NCBI GenBank assembly: GCA_964390045.1
Contig: CAYMGP010000002.1
Coordinates: 30,326 to 94,325, forward strand
Source of the DNA: an uncultured Spirochaetaceae bacterium
Lineage (GTDB): Bacteria; Spirochaetota; Spirochaetia; SZUA-6; DRHE01
Length of the DNA stretch: 64,000 nt
Direction of reading: 5' to 3'
Made by a program: the position numbers and the translations under genes
In this document: positions 45,885 to 53,224 of the stretch, in pieces
Layout: every line of letters begins with the position of its first letter
Numbering within the stretch: position 1 is the stretch's first letter
The notes under the pieces: generated by a model
Seen by the model: the letters and a program-made list of their open reading frames with translations, nothing else
Told to the model about the DNA's origin: nothing
Database searches by the model: none

Positions 45885-47270
45885 ATGAGGATTCTCAGCT
45901 TCGCCGAAAAAGCTCTCAAAGACGCAGACTCGTTCAAGGCTTTGGCCAGGGTAGCCGCGGAGGCCGGCGGGCAGACAGCGGCGCCTCTTATCGTGGTCGT
46001 TTCCTCGTTGGAGGGTGTACGGGAGTCCCTTGATTCGGCGGCCCGCCAGGCCGAAGAGGGGCGGGGAAGCTATCTCGATCAGATCGATACCACCCGCCAG
46101 CGGCTTCTCGAGATCATCCGCGATCTGTTCACTCCTCAGGAGCAGTCTCCGGTAATCACAGCCGTGCAAATCCTGCTCAATGATTTGGAAGATATCCTGC
46201 ACGGAGTACAGCTCATCAGAGAGTGCTCCCCCAGAACCCTGGATCTTGTATTTAGCTTCGGAATGCAGATCAGCTGTATCCTGACCAGCCGCTACCTGGA
46301 GAGAGAGGGATTCGCGGTTCGCGTCGAAGACCGGCCGGGGATCTTGCTGAAAAAAAACAAGTACGGAAGCGTTCAGGTGGACTATAAGAGGAGCTACGAA
46401 TCCATCGGCAGCGCGCTGGCAACGGAGGGTGTGATTCAGGTTGTCGCCGGGGGAATCGGTCATACAGAGCAGGGAGTGCTGACCGTTTTGCAGCACGATG
46501 GCAGCGATCTCACCGCTTCTTTGATCGGGGCGGCACTGAAGGCCGAGCTCATTGAGATGTGGACGGATATGGGTGGAGTGATGAGCGCGGATCCCGGCTA
46601 TGTATCGGAAGCCTTCGTGATCCCCGCCCTCAGTTTTCAGGAAGCCATGGAGCTATCCTACTTCGGAGCGCGTATGGTGCATTCCCAAAGCTTGATCCCG
46701 GCTATGGAAATGGGAATCCCCATCCAGATTCGCAAGCTGAGTCAGCCGGAGCTGCCCGGAACCAGGATCTGCCGCGATCCCCAGCGAAAGCAGACAGCCA
46801 TAGTGGGAATCGCTTCCATCGAGCCGGCCGCTCTCGTGAACATCGAAGGAGGCGGTATGGTCGGGGTTCCGGGAATCGCGGCCCGGATATTCGCCACCCT
46901 GGCGCGGGCCGCTGTGAACATAGTAATGATTTCTCAGGCTTCCTCGGAGCACAGCATCTGTGTGGTATTTCATAGCAGTGAGGCCGAGCGGGCCCTGCAA
47001 GCGCTGCAGGAGGAGCTGGCTCCGGAGATCGAGGCCAAACAGATACAGAATTTTGACCTGCGTACGAGTGTGGCCATTCTAGCCGCTATCGGAGACAACA
47101 TGCGCGGAACTCCCGGGATTTCCGGAAAGCTTTTCAGCGCACTCGGCAAGGCGGGTATCAATATTCTGGCCATTGCCCAGGGTTCCTCGGAGACAAATAT
47201 ATCCTTCGTCATTGAAAAGAAAGATGAGCCCAAAGCACTGAAGACGATCCACCAGGCCTTCCTCGGATAG
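45885..47270 (+). CDS. aspartokinase-family protein with two C-terminal ACT domains (catalytic motifs divergent)
   Basis: 461 aa, collinear by eye with ThrA-type aspartokinase domains (SYQEAMELSYFGA-like SFQEAMELSYFGA). ACT repeats at the C-terminus. Directly upstream of thrB-thrC. The N-terminal KFGGTS motif is replaced (see findings). Confidence 0.7.
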   Translation: MRILSFAEKALKDADSFKALARVAAEAGGQTAAPLIVVVSSLEGVRESLDSAARQAEEGRGSYLDQIDTTRQRLLEIIRDLFTPQEQSPVITAVQILLNDLEDILHGVQLIRECSPRTLDLVFSFGMQISCILTSRYLEREGFAVRVEDRPGILLKKNKYGSVQVDYKRSYESIGSALATEGVIQVVAGGIGHTEQGVLTVLQHDGSDLTASLIGAALKAELIEMWTDMGGVMSADPGYVSEAFVIPALSFQEAMELSYFGARMVHSQSLIPAMEMGIPIQIRKLSQPELPGTRICRDPQRKQTAIVGIASIEPAALVNIEGGGMVGVPGIAARIFATLARAAVNIVMISQASSEHSICVVFHSSEAERALQALQEELAPEIEAKQIQNFDLRTSVAILAAIGDNMRGTPGISGKLFSALGKAGINILAIAQGSSETNISFVIEKKDEPKALKTIHQAFLG

Positions 47271-47291
47271 AAAGGCGAACTCCAATTGAGT

Positions 47292-48254
47292 ATGAGCACA
47301 GTTTCCGTTTTTGCTCCCGCGACCGTGGCCAATGTCGCCTCGGGCTTCGACGTATTGGGTTTTGCCCTGGACCGGCCGGGGGATACAGTCGTGTTGAGAA
47401 AGCAGGAACCCAAGCGCGTGGACATCCTGTCCGTTGAGGGGGATGGCGGGCTGCTGCCGCGGGATCCGGCGAAAAACACGGCAACGGTGGCTGCCTGGCG
47501 ATTCCTCGAGGCGGTCGGCTTTCCGTTCGGCTTGCAGGTGACTCTCTACAAGCAGATGCCTATGAGCTCCGGACTGGGAAGCTCGGCGGCCAGCTCCGTC
47601 GCCGCCGTGTTCGCAGCGAATCTGCTGGCCGGAAGCCCCTGCACCCGCCAGGAGCTTCTCCGTTTCACGATGAACGCCGAGGAGGTTGCCTGCGGTTCCG
47701 CCCATGCCGACAATGTTGCGCCCGCCCTTTTCGGCGGCTTCGTGCTGATCCGCAGCTATGATCCTCTCGATGTAGTCCGTCTACCCGTACCCCGAGGCCT
47801 GGCCGTGGCTACGGTCCATCCTCATACAGAGATCAAAACAGAGGATGCCCGCCGCATCCTCAAGAAAGAGATTCGTCTCAGCGACGCCGTCAGACAGTGG
47901 GGAAACCTTGCTGCCCTGGTGGCGGCGCTTTACTCGGGGGATCTCGAGCTGCTGAGCCGTTCGCTTCAGGATGTAGTGGCGGAGCCTCGCCGGGCCCTGT
48001 TGATCCCGGGTTTTGCGGGAGTCAAACAGGCGGCTCTCGACAGCGGAGCCCTGGGCTGTTCGATCTCCGGTTCCGGTCCCTCTGTTTTTTCACTCTGCGA
48101 TTCTATCAAGAGGGCGGAGGGCGTGGGTTCGGCAATGAAAAAGGCCTTCGAAGACGAAGGTCTGGACTGCGACCTGTACCTTTCCCGGATCAACGAGGCG
48201 GGGCCCGTGGTCGTTGCGGACCCTTCGACTCAGGCGGAGGCCAGCGGTTCGTGA
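47292..48254 (+). CDS. thrB: homoserine kinase
   Basis: MSTVSVFAPATVANVASGFD and GHMP motif PMSSGLGSSAAS. A TTG at 47286 is an alternative start. Confidence 0.85.
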   Translation: MSTVSVFAPATVANVASGFDVLGFALDRPGDTVVLRKQEPKRVDILSVEGDGGLLPRDPAKNTATVAAWRFLEAVGFPFGLQVTLYKQMPMSSGLGSSAASSVAAVFAANLLAGSPCTRQELLRFTMNAEEVACGSAHADNVAPALFGGFVLIRSYDPLDVVRLPVPRGLAVATVHPHTEIKTEDARRILKKEIRLSDAVRQWGNLAALVAALYSGDLELLSRSLQDVVAEPRRALLIPGFAGVKQAALDSGALGCSISGSGPSVFSLCDSIKRAEGVGSAMKKAFEDEGLDCDLYLSRINEAGPVVVADPSTQAEASGS

Positions 48255-49567
48255 AGTTTCTCAGCACACGGGCGGAGGGGAGGCAGAATCCGGTTTCCTT
48301 TCGGCAGGCTGTTTTCAGCGGCCTAGCTCCGGACGGAGGGCTGTACATCCCCACCATGCAGCCGGATTTACACGCCGAGATCCTCTCTTTTTCGGAAAAA
48401 ACAGGGTTCGTCGAGCTGGCCGAGACGATGATAGCCTGCCTTTTCGGCGCAGAGATTGATCGAGATGCGGCGCGAAAGCTGGCGGGCAAGACCTTTCCCT
48501 TTGAACCGTCCCTCCGGCCGCTCGAACCGGGCTTGACCCTGCTCGAGCTTTTCCACGGGCCCACCTGTGCCTTCAAAGACTTCGGTGCTTCCTTTCTGGC
48601 CTCGGTGATGGAGGAGTTTCTCGTCGAAGAAGAAAGAAAGGCTGTTATCCTGGTAGCCACCTCGGGTGACACGGGAAGTGCTGTTGCTCGGGCTTTCCAC
48701 GGCAAGGGGAAGATCGAAGTGGTGATTCTTTATCCTTCGGGCCGAGTCAGTCACCTGCAGGAGCAGCAGCTCACTACCCTTGGCGGCAATGTCAGCGCTC
48801 TGGAGGTTCGGGGCAGCTTCGACGATTGTCAGAGTCTGGCCAAGCAAGCCTTTCTAGATGTCGAGCTGCGGGAAAAGCTTTGCCTGAGCTCGGCCAACTC
48901 GATCAACCTGGGACGCCTGCTTCCCCAAGCCTTTTATTATATCTATGGATTCAGCAGGCTGGAGCGCGGCCCGGACGAACAGGTAATGATCTGCGTTCCC
49001 AGCGGAAATTTCGGCAACCTCACGGCCGGCGTCTATGCCTGGACATGGGGTCTGCCGGCCGCAGGATTTATTGCAGCGACAAATATAAACGACGTAGTCC
49101 CGGAGTACCTTCGAACAGGAAGCTATCAACCGCGTTCTTCTGTGCCGACCCTGTCCAATGCCATGGATGTGGGAAACCCGAGCAACTTCGAGAGGCTGCA
49201 GGTGGTGTTCCAGGGCCGAATCGATCGCATGCGGGAAACGATCCAGGGCGAGCGGATCACGGATGAGGAAACCAGGGATACGATACGCCGCGTCTACGAA
49301 CAGCACGGCGTTCTCATCGATCCGCACACCGCCGTGGGTGTTCTGGCTTCCCGTCGTTACAGGGAGCGTTCGGGATTTTCAGGGGGTATTCTATCGCTGG
49401 CAACGGCCCATCCCGGAAAATTCGTTGGTGTTGTTCAGGAGGTAACGGGCGAGAGCCCGGAGCTTCCCGCCGCCCTGAAGGAAGCTCTTTCCAGGAAAAA
49501 ACACTCGCTCCTGCTCGAACCCCGCCTCGCGGCCCTCAAGGCCTTGCTGCTGGCCCGCTACGCCTGA
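48251..49567 (+). CDS. thrC: threonine synthase
   Basis: GTG start overlapping the thrB stop (GTGA). VKFLSTRAEG..GLAPDGGLYIP and PLP-lysine motif GPTCAFKDFG. The ORF-track 5' extension to 47897 is rejected. Confidence 0.9.
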   Translation: MKFLSTRAEGRQNPVSFRQAVFSGLAPDGGLYIPTMQPDLHAEILSFSEKTGFVELAETMIACLFGAEIDRDAARKLAGKTFPFEPSLRPLEPGLTLLELFHGPTCAFKDFGASFLASVMEEFLVEEERKAVILVATSGDTGSAVARAFHGKGKIEVVILYPSGRVSHLQEQQLTTLGGNVSALEVRGSFDDCQSLAKQAFLDVELREKLCLSSANSINLGRLLPQAFYYIYGFSRLERGPDEQVMICVPSGNFGNLTAGVYAWTWGLPAAGFIAATNINDVVPEYLRTGSYQPRSSVPTLSNAMDVGNPSNFERLQVVFQGRIDRMRETIQGERITDEETRDTIRRVYEQHGVLIDPHTAVGVLASRRYRERSGFSGGILSLATAHPGKFVGVVQEVTGESPELPAALKEALSRKKHSLLLEPRLAALKALLLARYA

Positions 49568-49597
49568 AACGAAGGCAGACATTACAGGTTCTCTGAC

Positions 49598-50692
49598 TCA
49601 ATTGAGAGTTCTGAAGGATTGTTTTCGCCCGTCCTTGCGGCGGTAGGGGTTTGCCTTGTTCCTGCGGTAGGTGCGGTATACTTTGCAGGCCTCGTAGTAG
49701 CCTTCAGGGCTCCAGTAGGAAGCGGAAAGGTCGGCCCTGTACAGCTCGAGAAGCAGAGGAAACAATGGGGAGTCCATGATTCGTTGGCTGCGGTAGATCG
49801 GGAGCAGCTTGAGAGCTGCCGGCATCATGTGATAGCGCACGAGAAAGGTCACCTCTTCGATCATGGAAGAAGCGAAGCCGAGACGGGCGAGAAAACCTGC
49901 GGCGATTTTAGCGCCCAATTCGGCGTGGCCGTCGAAGGCCCGTTCGGGAGTGCTGCCGGCGGCGGGTTTGCCGATATCGTGGAGCAGGAGTGCCAGGGAG
50001 AGCACCGGATCGTGATTCTTTCTGTATTGAAAGGTCTCCAGCGTGTGCTCCCAACCATTACCCTCAGGATGAAAATCTTTGTGATGAGGTATACAGGACA
50101 TCTTCTGCAGCTCGGGCCAGTACGATTCAATGAATCCGCTGGCGTACAGAAGAGAAAGGCCCCTGCCGGGGTTTATCCCTGAAAGGATCTCGAGAAGAAG
50201 CTCCCGCTGAAAGCCGGCATCCGGCTCTGCGTAAGGAGGCTCCAATGTGAAGGAGCCCGGCTCAACCTGGTAGTGATAGCGGGAGCTGAGCACCGCTGCT
50301 TCTGCGAGATACAGAATGGCAGATCCCCCGGGCTGGCGGATCAAATGAGCCTTCCTCAGATCCGGATAGATACCCTGGGGATCGAGAAACACGTGCCGCT
50401 CCGGATCGTAGAGAAACTCCTGCACTGTGAAGGGACGGGGCGGGGCTTTCATATCCTCGTCGTAGCAGCGCAGCAGGTATCTTTTTTTGCCCGCGTGTAT
50501 CAGGGCTTCCTCATAGATCAATCCTGGATATTCGAGGTCTTCGAACATGCCGGCCAGATCGATCAGCGAGCAGTCGGTGAGCAGGTACAGGGATTCCCCC
50601 GAAGCGATTCGAAAGTAGCGATCGAGAGCCGAGTAGTTGCTATAGTATGCTTTGCAGCCCGATTCCTGCAGAATCTTGATAGGAGATTTCAT
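49598..50692 (-). CDS. CCA-adding enzyme / poly(A) polymerase-family protein with HD domain (nucleotidyltransferase head motifs degenerate)
   Basis: 364 aa. RPFTVQEFLYDP resembles the family RDFTINA motif. HD domain HPEGNGWEHT..LLLHDIGKP. GGxVRD and DxD are not present (AYYSNYSALDRYF, LYLLTD). Confidence 0.6.
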   Translation of the reverse strand: MKSPIKILQESGCKAYYSNYSALDRYFRIASGESLYLLTDCSLIDLAGMFEDLEYPGLIYEEALIHAGKKRYLLRCYDEDMKAPPRPFTVQEFLYDPERHVFLDPQGIYPDLRKAHLIRQPGGSAILYLAEAAVLSSRYHYQVEPGSFTLEPPYAEPDAGFQRELLLEILSGINPGRGLSLLYASGFIESYWPELQKMSCIPHHKDFHPEGNGWEHTLETFQYRKNHDPVLSLALLLHDIGKPAAGSTPERAFDGHAELGAKIAAGFLARLGFASSMIEEVTFLVRYHMMPAALKLLPIYRSQRIMDSPLFPLLLELYRADLSASYWSPEGYYEACKVYRTYRRNKANPYRRKDGRKQSFRTLN

Positions 50693-50720
50693 GGCTCTCT
50701 CTGTTCCCTGTTCGTTTCGT

Positions 50721-52004
50721 TCAGACGCCGGATTTGACCTCGATGCTGCTGAAGCCCGTGTAGGGACGTAATCTTTCGGGTATGCGAATCGAGCCGTCTG
50801 CCTGTTGGTGGTTTTCCAAGATACAGATCAAAGCACGGGACATGGCTACAGCGGTGCCGTTGAGCATGTGCGCGAACACATTCTTGCCCTCATGCTTGAA
50901 GCGAATCCCCAATCTTCGGGCCTGATAATCAGTGCAATTAGAGGCACTGGTGATCTCTCCCCAATCTCCCCCTTCACCTCTGCCGGGCATCCAGCCTTCC
51001 AGGTCGAATTTCCTGTAGGCGGGGCCGCCCAGCTCCCCGGTGCAGGTATCCACCACCCTGTAGGGAATCTCCAAACCCTGGAATATCTTCTCCTCGAGGT
51101 CGAGCAGGTACAGATGCATCTGCTCGGACTCGGCGGGACGGCAGAAGATGAACATCTCGACCTTGCTGAACTGATGAACCCTGTACAGTCCTTTGGAGTA
51201 CTGCCCCGCAGCTCCCGCCTCGCGCCGAAAGCAGTGTGAAATTCCCGCCATCTTGATGGGAAGCTCCTCGTGCCCGAGGATCTGTCCGGCGAAGTAGCCC
51301 CCGAGGGTGATTTCTGCGGTGCCGACGAGGCAGGCTCCGGTTCCCTCGACTGTGTAGATGTTCGACTCCTCTCCGCGCGGATTGAAACCGATTCCCTCGA
51401 CGATCTGCTCTTTGGCCATATCCGGTGTAATGGTGAGAACGAAGCCCTCGCCCTGAAGGATATCCACGGCGTAGCGGGTCAGGGCGATTTCAAGAATCAC
51501 CGCCTCGTTTTTCAGGTAGTAGAATTTCGGTCCGCTTACCCTGGCCCCGGACTCGAAGTCAACGAGATCGAGCTCCTGGGCCAGCTGAAGATGGTCCTTC
51601 GGTTTGAAAGCGAAGCTCGGGATGTTACCCCAACGTTTAATCTCCCGATTGTCTTCATCGCTTTCCCCGACCGGGGCATCGGGATGGGAGAGATTGGGTA
51701 TCTTGGCGGCCTCGTTGTCGAGCTCCTGCTTTAGGCTCTCCAATGTCTTTTCGAGGCCCGAGATTTCCTGTTTTATCTTTTTTCCTTCTTCTACCAGCTT
51801 CCCGCGCTCGGCGTCGGGCAGTTTCTGCTTCATGGATTGGGCGTTGAGGTTTCTTCTGTGCCTCAGGGACTCGATCTCCTGAAGCAGTTCATTGCGCCTG
51901 TCGTAGAGCGCTACAACCCTCTGGGGATCGGCAGCCACCTGGCGGTTGCGCGTGTTCTCTTTGATCTGTTCGAGGTTTTCTCGTATGTATTTGAGGTCCA
52001 GCAT
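50721..52004 (-). CDS. serS: serine--tRNA ligase
   Basis: 427 aa. MLDLKYIRENLEQIKENTRNR coiled-coil arm plus a class II catalytic core. Confidence 0.9.
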   Translation of the reverse strand: MLDLKYIRENLEQIKENTRNRQVAADPQRVVALYDRRNELLQEIESLRHRRNLNAQSMKQKLPDAERGKLVEEGKKIKQEISGLEKTLESLKQELDNEAAKIPNLSHPDAPVGESDEDNREIKRWGNIPSFAFKPKDHLQLAQELDLVDFESGARVSGPKFYYLKNEAVILEIALTRYAVDILQGEGFVLTITPDMAKEQIVEGIGFNPRGEESNIYTVEGTGACLVGTAEITLGGYFAGQILGHEELPIKMAGISHCFRREAGAAGQYSKGLYRVHQFSKVEMFIFCRPAESEQMHLYLLDLEEKIFQGLEIPYRVVDTCTGELGGPAYRKFDLEGWMPGRGEGGDWGEITSASNCTDYQARRLGIRFKHEGKNVFAHMLNGTAVAMSRALICILENHQQADGSIRIPERLRPYTGFSSIEVKSGV

Positions 52005-52096
52005 GGTGTGGAGAGTTTAAATCAGATAAGGGAAAAGTGACAACTGGGTTTGGCCGCTCAGTTGACTCCTGGAATCAATACGGCTAAGCTTCGCTC

Positions 52097-53224
52097 ATGG
52101 CAAGCGAAGTCAGAGCCTGGAAGACACTTATTGCAGCTCTCATTGCCGTCGAGTTGTTCGGGTTGGCAGGCTGCTTGGGAAAAAAAGAGCCGATCAAGAT
52201 CGGACTGGCCATCAATCTCAGCGGCCGGGGAGGTACAGCCGGGGAGTACATCCGAGACGGTTCCATGCTGGCGGTGGAAGAGATCAACGAACGGGGCGGA
52301 GTCCGCGGGCATCCGTTGGAGCTGATCATCCGGAATGATCGCGACACCGCAAAGGGCATACTGTCCGCCGACCGGGAGCTCATCGATGCGGGAGTGCCTT
52401 TGATCATCGGGCACGACTACTCTGAGAGTACCCTTACAGCCTACCCCTACGTTACCTCCCGTGGTGTGCTCCTCTTCACGGCCTTCACCGCCACCACACG
52501 CCTCAGCAACAGGGATGATCTTTTCTTCCGTACGTCGGTGGACAACCGGGCCTACGGACAGGCTATGGGAACCCTCCTCGCCCGGAAGGAAATCAATCGG
52601 GTAAGCTTCCTCCTGGATATGTCCAACTCGAGTTTCGTTCTCGAGTACCTGGCCGAGACAAAGAGGAACTTTGGCGGCATCTCGACGGCGGTGCAGTTCA
52701 ATTCCAAGCAGGCGATCGATTGGCTGCGGATTGTCTCCGAGCTTCTTGCTCCTGATCCGCAGGCGGTTGTCCTGCTGACCGAGGTAACGATGACGGGGAT
52801 CGCCGCTCAAAAGCTGCGCGCCGCCGGCTTCGAAGGGGATCTGATCGCATCCCTGTGGGCCCAGACTCCCGACCTGATACGCTACGGCGGGAAAGCCGTG
52901 GAAGACCTTTCGATCGTTACCTTTATAGACTGCTCGTATCAGAACCCCAGGTATGAGCAGCTGGCCGAAAAACTGCGGGCGACGTTCAACGAGCCCCTGA
53001 CCGCACGCTCGATCCGATCCTACGAAGCGATCCACGTAATCGGCGAAGCACTGAGACAATGTGACAAGTTCACGGCCGTTCAGATCAAAAGGGCGTTATT
53101 GGAGATCCGTCGTTTCGAAACGGTGATGGGACCGTTTAGCTTCAATGCCTTCGGGGATGTTGAACGGCCGATCTATGAGATCCGCGTCCGGGAGGGCCGC
53201 TTCTACAACATGGGTGAGCTGTGA
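52097..53224 (+). CDS. periplasmic substrate-binding lipoprotein, LivJ/Peripla_BP_6-like
   Basis: Lipobox LAGC. KIGLAINLSGRGG.. is typical of the branched-chain amino-acid-binding fold. Stop overlaps the start of the downstream kinase. Confidence 0.75.
   Translation: MASEVRAWKTLIAALIAVELFGLAGCLGKKEPIKIGLAINLSGRGGTAGEYIRDGSMLAVEEINERGGVRGHPLELIIRNDRDTAKGILSADRELIDAGVPLIIGHDYSESTLTAYPYVTSRGVLLFTAFTATTRLSNRDDLFFRTSVDNRAYGQAMGTLLARKEINRVSFLLDMSNSSFVLEYLAETKRNFGGISTAVQFNSKQAIDWLRIVSELLAPDPQAVVLLTEVTMTGIAAQKLRAAGFEGDLIASLWAQTPDLIRYGGKAVEDLSIVTFIDCSYQNPRYEQLAEKLRATFNEPLTARSIRSYEAIHVIGEALRQCDKFTAVQIKRALLEIRRFETVMGPFSFNAFGDVERPIYEIRVREGRFYNMGEL

Noticed and set aside
45366-46496. 376-aa minus-strand ORF overlapping the MBL hydrolase and AK-like genes
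   Set aside because: It crosses an intergenic region between two supported plus-strand genes and has no motifs. The ORFs at 52058..53059, 32448..33473, 40092..41180, 14015..14989, 19596..20330, 18747..19589, 6845..7591 and 5235..5915 were rejected for the same reason.
47897-48250. 5' extension of the thrC ORF (556 aa in the track)
   Set aside because: The extension overlaps thrB in another frame and translates to Gly/Arg/Pro-rich nonsense. The GTG at 48251 overlaps the thrB stop and gives the canonical ThrC N-terminus.
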